Positions 1 through 15,000 of a stretch of 64,000 bases of DNA are shown here, in pieces. A program made the position numbers and the translations under genes. The DNA is from Nitrospirales bacterium (GTDB taxonomy: Bacteria > Nitrospirota > Nitrospiria > Nitrospirales > UBA8639). Each line of letters starts with the position of its first letter. The first letter of the stretch is position 1. A model generated the notes under the pieces. That model searched no databases. It was not told the origin of the DNA and worked only from the letters and a program-made list of their open reading frames with translations. The stretch lies in NCBI GenBank assembly GCA_965203295.1, contig CBDBCZ010000018.1, positions 2,112,001 to 2,176,000 of the forward strand. The letters run 5' to 3'.

Positions 1-3000
1 AAAACTAACAATTTTCAATAAAATCATTCTTTCCTAATCAATGGTAGCTAGTTACTTTGGCTTAAAGTCTTTGCTAGAGACAGACAAAACTAACAATTTT
101 CAAAAAAATCCTTCTTTCCTAATCTGCAGACTAACATCAACCAAACTAAACAAGCCTTTGAATAACCAGTTCCTTTCTTGAACATCGATACTTCCTAAGG
201 ATGTATTGTAATTGACTAACATCATTCAAACTAAACTAGCCTTTGAATAACCAGTTCGTTTCCTAACCAGTTGGGAAGGGTTAGATCAATGGTAGCTAGT
301 TACTTTGGCTTAAAGTCTTTGCTAGAGACCAACAAAACTAACAATTTTCAATAAAATCCTTCTTTCCTAATCTTCAGGCTAACATCAACAAAACTAAACA
401 GGCCTTTGAATAACCAGTTCTTTTTCTGAACAGTTCGGAAGGGTCTGATAAATGGTAGCTAGTTACTTTGGCATAAAGTCTTTGCTAGAGACCAACAAAA
501 CTAACAATTTTCAATAAAATCCTTCTTTCCTAATCTTCAGACTAACATCATTCAAACTAAACAAGCCTTTGAATAACAAGTTCTTTTCCTAAACAGTTGG
601 GAAGAGTCAGATCAATGGTAGCTAGTTACTTTGGCTTAAAGTCTTTGCTAGAGACCAACAAAACTAACAATTTTAAATAAATCCTTCTTTCTTAATCTTC
701 AGACTAACATCAACCAAACTAAAAAAGCCTTTGAATAACCAGTTCCTTTCTTGAACATCGATACTTCCTAGGCATGTATTGTATCTGACTAACATCATTT
801 AAACTAAAAAAGCCTTTGAATAATCAGTTCTTTTCCTAAACAGTTGGGAAGGGTCAGATCAATGGTACGTAGCTAGTTACTTTGGCTCAAAGTTTTTGCT
901 AGAGACTAAATAAACTAATGATTTTCTATAAAATCCTTCTTTCCTAGTCTGCAGACTAACATCAAGCAAACTAAACAAGCCTTTGAATAACCAGTTTTTT
1001 TCTTGAACATCGATACTCCCTAAGGTTTTATTGTATTTGACTAACATCATTCAAACTAAACTAGCCTTTGAATAACCAGTTCCTTTCTTGAACATCGATA
1101 CTTCCTAAGCATGTATTGTATCTGACTAACATCATTCAAACTAAACAAGCCTTTGAATAACAAGTTCTTTTCCTAAACCGTTGGGAAGGGTCTGATCAAT
1201 GGTTGCTAGTTACTTTGGCTCAAAGTCTTTGCTAGAGACCAACAAAACATACAATTTTCAATAAAATCCTCCAAGCTCTAAAATAGCCTTTGAATAACCA
1301 GTTCCTTTCTTGAACATTGATACTTCCTAAGCATGTATTGTATCTGACTAATATCATTCAATCAAAACAAGCCTTTGAATAACCAGTTCTTTTCCAAAAC
1401 AGTTGCGAAGGGTCAGATCAATGGTAGCCAGTTACTTTGGCTGCAAGTCTTTGCCTGAGACCAACAAAACTAACAATTTTCAATAAAATCCTTCTTTCCT
1501 AATCTTCAGACTAACATCATTCAAACTAAACAAGCCTTTGAATAACAAGTTCTTTTCCTAAACAGTTAGGAAGAGTCAGATCAATGGTAGCTAGTTACTT
1601 TTGCTGAAAGTCTTTGCCTGAGACCAACAAAACTAACAATTTTCAATAAAATTCTTCTTTCCTAATCTTCAAACTAAACAATTTTCCATAAAATCCTTCT
1701 TTCCTAATCTTCAGACTAACATCAACCAAACTAAACAAGCCTTTGAATAACCAGTTCCTTTCTTGAACATTGATACTTCCTAAGCATGTATTGTATCTGA
1801 CTAATATCATTCAATCAAAACAAGCCTTTGAATAACCAGATCTTTTCCAAAACAGTTGCGAAGGGTCAGATCAATGGTAGCCAGTTACTTTGGCTGCAAG
1901 TCTTTGCCTGAGACCAACAAAACTAACAATTTTCAATAAAATCCTTCTTTCCTAATCTTCAGACTAACATCATTCAAACTAAACAAGCCTTTGAATAACA
2001 AGTTCTTTTCCTAAACAGTTAGGAAGAGTCAGATCAATGGTAGCTAGTTACTTTTGCTGAAAGTCTTTGCCTGAGACCAACAAAACTAACAATTTTCAAT
2101 AAAATTCTTCTTTCCTAATCTTCAAACTAAACAATTTTCCATAAAATCCTTCTTTCCTAATCTTCAGACTAACATCAACCAAACTAAACAAGCCTTTGAA
2201 TAACCAGTTCCTTTCTTGAACATCGATACTTCCTAAGCGTGTATTGTATCTGACAAATATCATTCAAACTAAACAAGCCTTTGAATAACCAGTTCCTTTC
2301 TTGAACATCGATACTTCCTAAGCATGTATTGTATCTGACTAACATCATTCAAACTAAACAAGCCTTTGAATAACAAGTTCTTTTCCTAAACAGTTGGGAA
2401 GGGTCAGATCAATGGTAGCTAGTTACTTTGGCTCAAAGTCTTTGCTAGAGACCAACAAAACTAACAATTTTCAATAAAATCCTCCTTTCCTAATCTGCAG
2501 ACTAACATCAACCAAACTAAACAAGCCTTTGAATAACCAGTTCCTTTCTTGAACATTGATACTTCCTAAGCATGTATTGTATCTGACTAATATCATTCAA
2601 ACAAAACAAGCCTTTGAATAACCAGCACTTATCCTAAATAGTTCGGAAAGGTCAGATCAATGGTAGCTAGTAACTTTGGCTTAATTAAAGTCATTGCAAG
2701 AGACCAACAAAACTAACAATTTTCAATAAAATCCTTCTTTCCTAATCTTCAGGCTAACATCAACAAAACTAAACAGGCCTTTGAATAACAAGTTCTTTTT
2801 CTAAACAGTTGGGAAGGGTCAGATAAATGGTAGCTAGTTACTTTGGCTTAAAGTCTTTGCTAGAGACCAACAAAACTAACAATTTTCAATAAAATCCTTC
2901 TTTCCTAATCTTCAGACTAACATCATTCAAACTAAACAAGCCTTTGAATAACCAGTTCTTTTCTTAAACAGTTAGGAAGGGTCAGATCAATGGTAGCTAG

Positions 3001-6000
3001 TTACTTTTGCTGAAAGTCTTTGCCTGAGACCAACAAAACTAACAATTTTCTATAAAATCCTTCTTTCCTAATCTTCAGACTAACATCAACCACACTAAAC
3101 AAGCCTTTGAATAACCAGTTCCTTTCTTGAACATCGACACTTCCTAAACATGTATTGTATCCGACTAACATCATTAAAACTAATCAAGCCTTTGAATAAC
3201 CAGTTCTTTTCCTAAACAGTTGGGAAGGGTCAGATCAATGGTAGCCAGTTACTTCGGCTGAAAGTCTTTGCCTGAGACCAACAAAACTAACAATTTTCAA
3301 TAAAATCCTTCTTTCCTAATCTTCAGACTAACATCATTCAAACTAAACAAGCCTTTGAATAACAAGTTCTTTTCCTAAACAGTTAGGAAGGGTCAGATCA
3401 AAGGTAGCTAGTTACTTTTGCTGAAAGTCTTTGCCTGAGACCAACAAAACTAACAATTTTCAATAAAATTCTTCTTTCCTAATCTTCAAACTAAACAATT
3501 TTCAATAAAATCCTTCTTTCCTAATCTTCAGACTAACATCAACCAAACTAAACAAGCCTTTGAATAACCAGTTCCTTTCTTGAACATCGATACTTCCTAA
3601 GCGTGTATTGTATCTGACAAACATCATTCAAACTAAACAGGCCTTTGAATAACCAGTTCATTTTCTAAACAGTTGGGAGGGGTCAGATAAATGGTAGGTG
3701 GTTACTTTGGCTTAAAGTCTTTGCTAGAGACCAACAAAACTAACAATTTTCAATAAAATCCTTCTTTCCTAATCTTCAGACTATCATCATTCAAACTAAA
3801 CAAGCCTTTGAATAACCAGTTCTTTTCCTAAACAGTTAGGAAGGGTCAGATCAATGGTAGCTAGTTACTTTGGCTGAAAGTCTTTGCCTGAGACCAACAA
3901 AACTAACAATTTTCAATAAAATCCTTCTTTCCTAATCTTCAGACTAACATCATTCAAACTAAACAAGCCTTTGAATAACCAGTTCTTTTCCTAAACAGTT
4001 AGGAAGGGTCAGATGAATGGTAGCTAGTTACTTAGGCTGAAAGTCTTTGCCTGAGACCAACAAAACTAACAATTTTCAATAAAATCCTTCTTTCCTAATC
4101 TTCAGACTAACATCAACCAAACTAAACAAGCCTTTGAATAACCAGTTCCTTTCTTGAACATCGACACTTCTTAAACATGTATTGTAATCGACTAACATCA
4201 TTAAAACTAATCAAGCCTTTGAATAACCAGTTCTTTTCCTAAACAGCTGGGAAGGGTCAGATCAATGGTAGCTAGTTACTTTGGCTCAAAGTCTTTGCTA
4301 GAGACCAACAAAACTAAAGAGTTTCTATAAAATACTTCTTTCCTTATCTGCAGACTAACATCAAACAAACTAAACAAGCCTTTGAATAACCAGTTGCTTT
4401 CTTGAACATCGATACTTCCTAAGCATGTATTGTATCTGACTAACATCATTCAAACTAAACAAGCCTTTGAATAACAAGTTCTTTTCCTAAACCGTTGGGA
4501 AGGGTCAGATCAATGGTTGCTAGTTACTTTGGCTCAAAGTCTTTGCTAGAGACAAACAAAACTAACAATTTTCAATAAAATCCTCCGTTCCTAATCTGCA
4601 GACTAACATCAACCAAACTAAAATAGCCTTTGAATAACCAGTTCCTTTCTTGAACATTGATACTTCCTAAGCATGTATTGTATCTGACTAATATCATTCA
4701 AACAAAACAAGCCTTTGAATAACCAGTTCTTTTCCAAAACAGTTGGGAAGGGTCAGATCAATGGTAGCCAGTTACTTTGGCTGAAAGTCTTTGCCTGAGA
4801 CCAACAAAACTAACAATTTTCAATAAAATCCTTCTTTTCTAATCTTCAGACTAACATCAACCAAACTAAACAAGCCTTTGAATAACCAGTTCCTTTCTTA
4901 AACATCGACACTTCCTAGAGATGTATTGTATCCGACTAACATCATTCAAACTAAACAAGTTTTTGAATAACCAGTTCTTTTCCTAAACAGTTAGGAAGGG
5001 TCAGATCAATGGTAGCTAGTTACTTTGGCTGAAAGTCTTTGCCTGAGACCAACAAAACTAACAATTTTCAATAAAATCCTTCTTTCCTAATCATCAGACT
5101 AACATCAACAAAACTAAACAAGCCTTTGAATAACCAGTTCCTTTCTTGCAGATCGATACTTCCTCAGCATGTATTGTATCTGACTAACATCATTCAAACT
5201 AAACAAGCCTTTGAATAACAAGTTCTTTTCCTAAACAGTTGGGAAGGGTCAGATCAATGGTAGCCAGTTACTTTGGCTGAAAATCTTTGGCTGAAAGTCT
5301 TAGCCTGAGACCAACAAAACTAATTATTTTCAATATAATCCTACTTTCCTAATCTTCAGGCTAACATCAACAAAACTAAACAGGCCTTTGAATAACCAGC
5401 TCTTTTTCTAAACAGTTGGAAAGGGTCAGATAAATGGTAGCCAGTTACTTTGGCTTAAAGTCTTTGCTAGAGACAAAAAAACTAACAATTTTAAATAAAA
5501 TCCTTCTTTCCTAATCTGCAAACTAACATCAGTCAAACTAAACAAGCCTTTGAATAACCAGTTCCTTTCTTGAAGATCGATACTTCCTAAGCATGTATTG
5601 TATCTGACTAACATCATTCAAACTAAACAAGCCTTTGAATAACAAGTTCTTTTCCTAAACAGTTGGGAAGGGTCAGATCAATGGTTGCCAGTTACTTTGG
5701 CTGAAAGTCTTTGCCTGAGACCAACAAAACTGACAATTTTCAATAAAATCCTACTTTCCTAATCTTAAGGCTAACATCAACAAAACTAATCAAGCCTTTG
5801 AATAACCAGTTCTTTTCCTAAACAGTTGGGAAGGGTCAGATCAATGGTAGCTAGTTACTTTGGCTGAAAGTCTTTGCTAGAGACGAACAAAACTAACGAT
5901 TTTCTATAAAATACTTCTTTCCTAATCTGCAGACGAACATCAACCAAACTAAATAAGCATATGAATAACCAGTTCCTTTCTTGAACATCGATACTTCCTA

Positions 6001-9000
6001 AGCATGTATTGTATCTGACTAACATCATTCAAACTAAACAAGCCTTTGAATAACAAGTTCTTTTCCTAAACAGTTAGGAAGGGTCAGATCAATGGTAGCT
6101 AGTTACTTTTGCTGAAAGTCTTTGCCTGAGACCAACAAAACTAACAATTTTCTATAAAATCCTTCTTTCCTAATCTTCAGACTAACATCAACCACACTAA
6201 ACAAGCCTTTGAATAACCAGTTCCTTTCTTGAACATCGACACTTCCTAAACATGTATTGTATCCGACTAACATCATTAAAACTAATCAAGCCTTTGAATA
6301 ACCAGTTCTTTTCCTAAACAGTTGGGAAGGGTCAGATCAATGGTAGCCAGTTACTTTGGCTGAAAGTCTTTGCCTGAGACCAACAAAACTAACGATTTTC
6401 TATAAAATACTTCTTTCCTAATCTTCAGACTAACATCAACCGAACTAAACAAGCCTTTGAATAACCAGTTCCTTTCTTGAACATCGACACTTCTTAAACA
6501 TGTATTGTATTCGACTAACATCATTAAAACTAATCAAGCCTTTGAATAACCAGTTCTTTTCCTAAACAGTTGGGAAGGGTCAGATCAATGGTAGCTAGTG
6601 ACTTTGGCTTAAAGTCTTGGCCAGAGACAACAAATCTAACAATTTTCAATGAAATCCTTCTTTCCTAATCTGCAGACTAACATCAGGCAAACTAAACAAG
6701 CCTTTGAATAACTAGTTCCTTTCTTGAAGATCGATACTTCCTAAGCATGTATTGTATCTGACTAACATCATTCAAACTAAACAAGCCTTTGAATAACAAG
6801 TTCTTTTCCTAAACAGTTGGGAAGGGTCAGATCAATGGTAGCCAGTTACTTTGGCTGAAAGTCTTTGCCTGAGACCAACAAAACTAATAATTTTCAATAA
6901 AATCATACTTTCCTAATCTTCAGGCTAACATCAACAAAACTAATCAAGCCTTTGAATAACCAGTTCTTTTCCTAAACGGTTGGGAAGGGTCAGATCAATG
7001 GTAGCTAGTTACTTTGGCTGAAAGTCTTTGCTAGAGACCAACAAAACTAACGATTTTCTATAAAATACTTCTTTCCTAATCTGCAGACTAACATCAACCA
7101 AACTAAATAAGCATTTGAATAACCAGTTCCTTTCTTGAACATCGATACTTCCTAAGCATGTATTCTATCTGACTAACATCATTCAAACTAAACAAGCCTT
7201 TGAATAACAAGTTCTTTTCCTAAACAGTTGGGAAGGGTCAGATCAATGGTAGCCAGTTACTTTGGCTGAAAGTATTTGCCTGAAACCAAAAAAACTAACA
7301 ATTTTCAATAAAATCCTTCTTTCCTAATCTTCAGACTAACATCAACCAAACTAAACAAGCCTTTGAATAACCAGTTCCTTTCTTGAACATTGATACTTCC
7401 TAAGCATGTATTGTATCTGACTAATATCATTAAAACAAAACAAGCCTTTGAATAACCAGCTCTTTTTCTGAATAGTTTGGAAGGATCAGATCAATGGTAG
7501 CCAGTTACTTTGGCTTAAAGTCTTTGCAAGAGACAAACAAAACTAACAATTATCAATAAAATCCTTCTTTCTAAATCTTCAGGCTAAAATCAACGAAACT
7601 AAACAGGCCTTTGAATAACCAGTTCTTTTTCTAAACAGTTGGGAAGGGTCAGATAAATGGTAGCAAGTTACTTTGGCTTAAAGTCTTTGCTAGAGACAAA
7701 AAAACTAACAATTTTCAATAAAATCCTTCTTTCCTAATCTTCAGACTAACATCAACCAAACTAAACAAGCCTTTGAATAACCAGTTCCTTTCTTGAACAT
7801 TGATACTTTCTAAGCATGTATTGAATCTGACTAATATCATTCAAACAAAACAAGCCTTTAAATAACCAGCTCATTTTCTAAATAGTTTGGAAGGGTCAGA
7901 TAAATGGTAGCTAGTAACTTTGGCTTAAAGTCTTTGCTAGAGACCAACAAAACTAACAATTTTCAATAAAATTCTTCTTTCCTAATCAACTTACTTTTGC
8001 TGAAAGTCTTTGCCTGACACCAACAAAACTAACAATTTTCAATAAAATTCTTCTTTCCTAATCTTCAAACTAAACAATTTTCAATAAAATCCTTCTTTCC
8101 TAATCTTCAGACTAACATCAACCAAACTAAACAAGCCTTTGAATAACCAGTTCCTTTCTTGAACTTCGATACTTCCTAAGCGTGTATTGTATCTGACAAA
8201 CATCATTCAAACTAAACAGGCCTTTGAATAACCAGTTCATTTTCTAAACAGTTGGGAAGGGTCAGATAAATGGTAGGTAGTTACTTTGGCTTAAAGTCTT
8301 TGCTAGAGACCAACAAAACTAACAATTTGCAATAAAATCCTTCTTTCCCAATCTTCAGACTAACATCATTCAAACTAAACAAGTTTTTGAATAACCAGTT
8401 CTTTTCCTAAACAGTTAGGAAGGGTCAGATCAATGGTAGCTAGTTACTTTGGCTGAAAGTCTTTGCCTGAGACCAACAAAACTAACAATTTTCAATAAAA
8501 TCCTTCTTTCCTAATCATCAGACTAACATCAACAAAACTAAACAAGCCTTTGAATAACCAGTTCCTTTCTTGAACATCGACACTTCCTAAACATGTATTG
8601 TATCCGACTAACATCATTAAAACTAATCAAGCCTTTCAATAACCAGTTCCTTTCTTGAACAGCGATACTTCCTAAGCATGTATTGTATCTGACTAACATC
8701 ATTCAAACTAAACAAGCCTTTGAATAACAAGTTCTTTTCCTAAACAGTTGGGAAGGGTCAGATCAATGGTAGCCAGTTACTTTGGCTGAAAGTCTTTGCC
8801 TGAGACCAACAAAACTAACAATTTTCAATAAAATCCTTCTTTCCTAATCTTCAGAATAACATCAACCAAACTAAACAAGCCTTTGAATAACCAGTTCCTT
8901 TCTTAAACATCGACACTTCCTAAACATGTATTGTATTCGACTAACATCATTAAAACTAATCAAGCCTTTTAATAACCAGTTCTTTTCCTAAACAGTTGGG

Positions 9001-12000
9001 AAGGGTCAGATCAATGGTAGCTAGTTACTTTGGCTCAAAGTCTTTGCTAGAGACCAACAAAACTAACGATTTTCTATAAAATACTTCTTTCCTAATCTGC
9101 AGACTAACATCAGGCAAAGTAAACAAGCCTTTGAATAACCAGTTCCTTTCTTGAAGATCGATACTTCCTAAGCATGTATTGTATCTGACTAACATCATTC
9201 AAACAAACTAAGCCTTTGAATAACAAGTTCTTTTCCTAAACAGTTGGGAAGGGTCAGATCAATGGTAGCCAGTTACTTTGGCTGAAAGTCTTTGCCTGAG
9301 ACCAACAAAAACTAACAATTTTAAATAAAATCCTACTTTCCTAATCTTCAGGCTAACATCAACAAAACTAAACAGGCCTTTGAATAACCAGCTCTTTTTC
9401 TAAACAGTTGGGAAGGGTCAGATAAATGGTAGCAAGCTACTTTGGCTTAAAGTCTTTGCTAGAGACAAAAAAACTAACAATTTTAAATAAAATCCTTCTT
9501 TCCTAATCTGCAAACTAACATCAACCAAACTAAACAAGCCTTTGAATAACCAGTTCCTTTCTTGAACATTGATAATTTCTAAGCATGTATTGAATCTGAC
9601 TAATATCATTCAAACAAAACAAGCCTTTAATTAACCAGCTCATTTTCTAAATAGTTCGGAAGGGTCAGATAAATGGTAGCTAGTAACTTTGGCTTAAAGT
9701 CTTTGCTAGAGACCAACAAAACTAATAATATTCATAAAATCCTTCTTTCCTAATCTTCAGGCTAACAACAACAAAACTAAACAGGCCTTTGAATAACCAG
9801 TTCTTTTTCTAAACAGTTGGAAAGGGTCAGATAAATGGTAGCTAGTTACTTTGGCTTAAAGTCTTTGCTAGAGACCAACAAAACTAACAATTTACAATAA
9901 AATCCTTCTTTCCTAATCTTCAGACTAACATCATTCAAACTAAACAAGCCTTCTTTGAATAACCAGTTCTTTTCCTAAACAGTTAGGAAGGGTCAGATCA
10001 ATGGTAGCTAGTTACTTTGGCTGAAAGTCTTTGCCTGAGACCAACAAAACTAACAATTTTCAATAAAATCCTTCTTTCCTAATCTTAAGACTAACATCAA
10101 CCAAACTAAACAAGCCTTTGAATAACCAGTTCCTTTCTTGAACATCTACACTTCCTAAACATGTATTGTATCCGACTAACATCATTAAAACTAATCAAGC
10201 CTTTGAATAACAAGTTCTTTTCCTAAACAGTTAGGAAGGGTCAGATGAATGGTAGCTAGTTACTTTGGCTGAAAGTCTTTGCCTGAGACCAACAAAACTA
10301 ACAATTTTCAATAAAATCCTTCTTTCCTAATCTTCAGACTAACATCAACCAAACTAAACTAGCCTTTGAATAACCAGTTCCTTTCTTGAACATCGACACT
10401 TCTTAAACATGTATTGTATTCGACTAACATCATTAAAACTAATCAAGCCTTTGAATAACCAGTTCTTTTCCTAAACAGTTGGGAAGGGTCAGATCAATGG
10501 TAGCTAGTTACTTTGGCTCAAAGTCTTTGCTTGAGACCAACAAAACTAAAGATTTTCAATAAAATACTTCTTTCCTTATCTGCAGACTAACATCAAGCAA
10601 ACTAAACAAGCCTTTGAATAACCAGTTCCTGAACATCTACACTACTAAACAAGCCTTTGAATAACCAGTTCCTTTCTTGAACATCGATACTTCCTAAGCA
10701 TGTAATGTATCTGACTAACATCATTCAAACTAAAAAAGCCTTTGAATAACCAGTTCTTTTCCTAAACAGTTGGGAAGGGTCAGATCAATGGTAGCCAGTT
10801 ACTTTGGCTGAAAGTCTTTGCCTGAGACCAACAAAACTAACAATTCTCAATAAAATCCTTCTTTCCTAATCTTCAGAATAACATCAACCAAACTAAACAA
10901 GCCTTTGAATAACCAGTTCCTTTCTTAAACATCGACACTTCCTAAACATGTATTGTATTCGACTAACATCATTAAAACTAATCAAGCCTTTTAATAACCA
11001 GTTTTTTCCTAAACAGTTGGGAAGGGTCAGATCAATGGTAGCTAGTTACTTTGGCTCAAAGTCTTTGCTAGAGACCAACAAAACTAACGATTTTCTATAA
11101 AATACTTCTTTCCTAATCTGCTGACTAACATCAGGCAAACTAAACAAGCTTTGAATAACCAGTTCCTTTCTTGAAGATCGATACTTCCTAAGCATGTATT
11201 GTATCTGACTAAAATCATTCAAACTAAACAAGCCATTGAATAACAAGTTCTTTTCCTAAACAGTTGGGAAGGGTCAGATCAATGGTAGCCAGTTACTTTG
11301 GCTGAAAGTCTTTGCCTGAGACCAACAAAACTAACAATTTTAAATAAAATCCTACTTTCCCAATCTTCAGACTAACATTATTCAAACTAAACAAGCCTTT
11401 GAATAACCAGTTCTTTTCCTTAACAGTTAGGAAGGGTCAGATCAATGGTAGCTAGTTACTTTGGCTGAAAGTCTTTGCCTGAGAACAACAAAACTAACAA
11501 TTTTCAATAAAACCCTTCTTTCCTAATCATCAGACTAACATCAACCAAACTAAACAAGCCTTTGAATAACCAGTTCCTTTCTTGAACATCGACACTTCCT
11601 AAACATGTATTGTATCCGACTAACTTCATTAAAACTAATCAAGCCTTTGAATAACCAGTTCCTTTCTTGAACAGCGATACTTCCTAAGCATGTATTGTAT
11701 CTGACTAACATCATTCAAACTAAACAAGCTTTTGAATAACCAGTTCTTTTCCTAAAAAGTCGGGAAGGGTCAGATCAATGGTAGCCAGTTACTTTGGCTG
11801 AAAGTCTTTGCCTGAGACCAACAAAACTAACAATTTTCAATAAAATCCTTCTTTCCTAATCTTCAGACTAACATCAACCAAACTAAACAAGCCTTTGAAT
11901 AAACCAATTCTTTTCCTAAACAGTTAGGAAGGGTCAGATGAATGGTAGCTAGTTACTTTGGCTGAAAGTCTTTGCCTGAGACCAACAAAACTAACAATTT

Positions 12001-15000
12001 CAATAAAATCCTCCTTTCCTAATCTTCAGACTAACATCAGGCAAACTAAACAAGCCTTTGAATAACCAGTTCCTTTCTTGAAGATCGATACTTCCTAAGC
12101 GTGTATTGTATCTGACAAACATCATTCAAACTAAACAGGCCTTTGAATAACCAGTTCATTTTCTAAACAGTTGGGAAGGGTCAGATAAATGGTAGGTAGT
12201 TACTTTGGCTTAAAGTCTTTGCTAGAGACCAACAAAACTAACAATTTTCAATAAAATCCTTCTTTCCTAATCTTCAGACTAACATCACTCAAACTAAACA
12301 AGCCTTTGAATAACCAGTTCTTTTCCTAAACAGTTAGGAAGGGTCAGATGAATGGTAGCTAGTTACTTTGGCTGAAAGTCTTTGCCTGAGACCAACAAAA
12401 CTAACAATTTTCAATAAAATCCTTCTTTCCTAATCTTCAGGCTAACATCAACAAAACTAAACAGGCCTTTAAATAACCAGCTCTTTTTCTAAACAGTTGG
12501 GAAGGGTCAGATAAATGGTAGCAAGTTACTTTGGTTTAAAGTCTTTGCTAGAGACAAAAAAACTAACAATTTTAAATAAAATCCTTCTTTCCTAATCTGC
12601 AAACTAACATCAACCAAACTAAACAAGCCTTTGAATAACAAGTTCCTTGCTTGAACATAGAAACTTCCTAAGCATGTATTGTATCTGACTAACATCATTC
12701 AAACTAAACAAGTCTTTGAATAACAAGTTCTTTTCCTAAACAGTTGGGAAGGGTCAGATCAATGGTAGCCAGATACATTGGTTGAAAGTCTTTGCCTGAG
12801 ACCAACAAAACTAACAATTTTAAATAAAATCCTTCTTTCCTAATCTGCAAACTAACATCAACCAAACTAAACAAGCCTTTGAATAACCAGTTCCTTGCTT
12901 GAACATAGAAACTTCCTAAGCATGTATTGTATCTGACTAACATCATTCAAACTAAACAAGTCTTTGAATAACAAGTTCTTTTCCTAAACAGTTGGGAAGG
13001 GTCAGATCAATGGTAGCCAGATACATTGGTTGAAAGTCTTTGCCTGAGACCAACAAAACTAACAATTTTCAATAAAATCCTTCTTTCCTAATCTTCAGGC
13101 TAACATCAACAAAACTAAACAGGCCTTTAAATAACCAGCTCTTTTTCTAAACAGTTGGGAAGGGTCAGATAAATGGTAGCAAGTTACTTTGGTTTAAAGT
13201 CTTTGCTAGAGACAAAAAAACTAACAATTTTAAATAAAATCCTTCTTTCCTAATCTGCAAACTAACATCAACCAAACTAAACAAGCCTTTGAATAACCAG
13301 TTCCTTTCTTAAACATCGACACTTCCTAAACATGTATTGTATTCGACTAACATCATTAAAACTAATCAAGCCTTTGAATAACCAGTTCTTTTTCAAAACA
13401 GTTGGGAAGGGTCAGATCAAAGGTAGCTAGTTACTTTGGCTCAAATTCTTTGCTAGAGACCAACAAAACTAACGATTTTCTATAAAATACTTCTTTCCTA
13501 ATCTGCAGACTAACATCAAGCAAACTAAATAAGCATTTGAATAACCAGTTCCTTTCTTGAACATCGATACTTCCTAAGCATGTATTGTATCTGACTAACA
13601 TCATTCAAAGTAAACAAGCCTTTGAATAACAAGTTCTTTTCCTAAATAGTTGGGCAGGGTCAGATCAATGGTAGCCAGTTACTTTGGCTGAAAGTATTTG
13701 CCTGAGACCAAAAAAACTAACAATTTTCAATAAAATCCTTCTTTCCTAATCTTCAGACTAACATCAACCAAACTAAACAAGCCTTTGAATAACCAGTTCC
13801 TTTCTTGAACATCGATACTTCCTAAGCGTGTATTGTATCTGACTAACATCATTGAAAGTAAACAAGCCTTTGAATAACCAGTTCTTTTCCAAAACAGTTG
13901 TTAAGGTTCAGATCAATGGTAGCCAGTTACTTTGGCTGAAAGTCTTTGCCTGAGACCAACAAAACTAACAATTTTAGATAAAATCCTTCTTTCCTAATTT
14001 TAAGGCTAACATCAACAAAACTAAACAGGCCTTTGAATAACCAGCTCTTTTTCTAAACAGTTGGGAAGGGTCAGATAAATGGTAGCAAGTTACTTTGGCT
14101 TAAAGTCTTTGCTAGAAACAAAAAAACTAACAATTTTAGATAAAATCCTTCTTTCCTTATCTTCAGACTAACATCAACCAAACTAAACAAGCCTTTGAAT
14201 AACCAGTTCCTTTCTTGAACATTGATACTTCTTAAGCATGTATTGTATCTGACTAATATCCTTCAAACAAAACAAGCCTTTGAATAACCAGCTTATTTTC
14301 TAAATAGTTCGGAAGGGTCAAATCAATGGTAGCTAGTAACTTTGGCTTAAAGTCTTTGCTAGAGACCAACAAAACTAACAATTTTCGATAAAATCCTTCA
14401 TTCCTAATCTTCAGGCTAACATCAACAAAACTAAACAGGCCTTTGAATAACCAGTTCTTTTCTAAACAGTTAGGAAGGGTCAGAAAAATGGTAGCTAGTT
14501 ACTTTGGCTTAAAGTTTTTGCTAGAGACCAACAAAACTAACAATTTTCAATAAAATCCTTCTTTCCTAATCTTCAGACTAACATCATTCAAACTAAACAA
14601 GCCTTTGAATAACCAGTTCTTTTCCTAAACAGTTGGGAAGGGTCAGATCAATGGTAGCTAGTTACTTTGGCTCAAAGTCTTTGCTAGAGATCAAAAAAAC
14701 TAACGATTTTCTATAAAATACTTCTTTCCTAATCTGCAGACAAACATCAGGCAAACTAAACAAGCCTTTGAATAACCAGTTCCTTTCTTGAAGATCGATA
14801 CTTCCTAAGCGTGTATTGTATCTGATAAACATCATTCAAACTAAACAGGCCTTTGAATAACCAGTTCTTTTCCTAAACAGTTAGGAAGGGTCAGATGAAT
14901 GGTAGCTAGTTACTTTGGCTGAAAGTCTTTGCCTGAGACCAACAAAACTAACAATTTTCAATAAAATCCTCCTTTCCTAATCTTCAGACTAACATCAACA

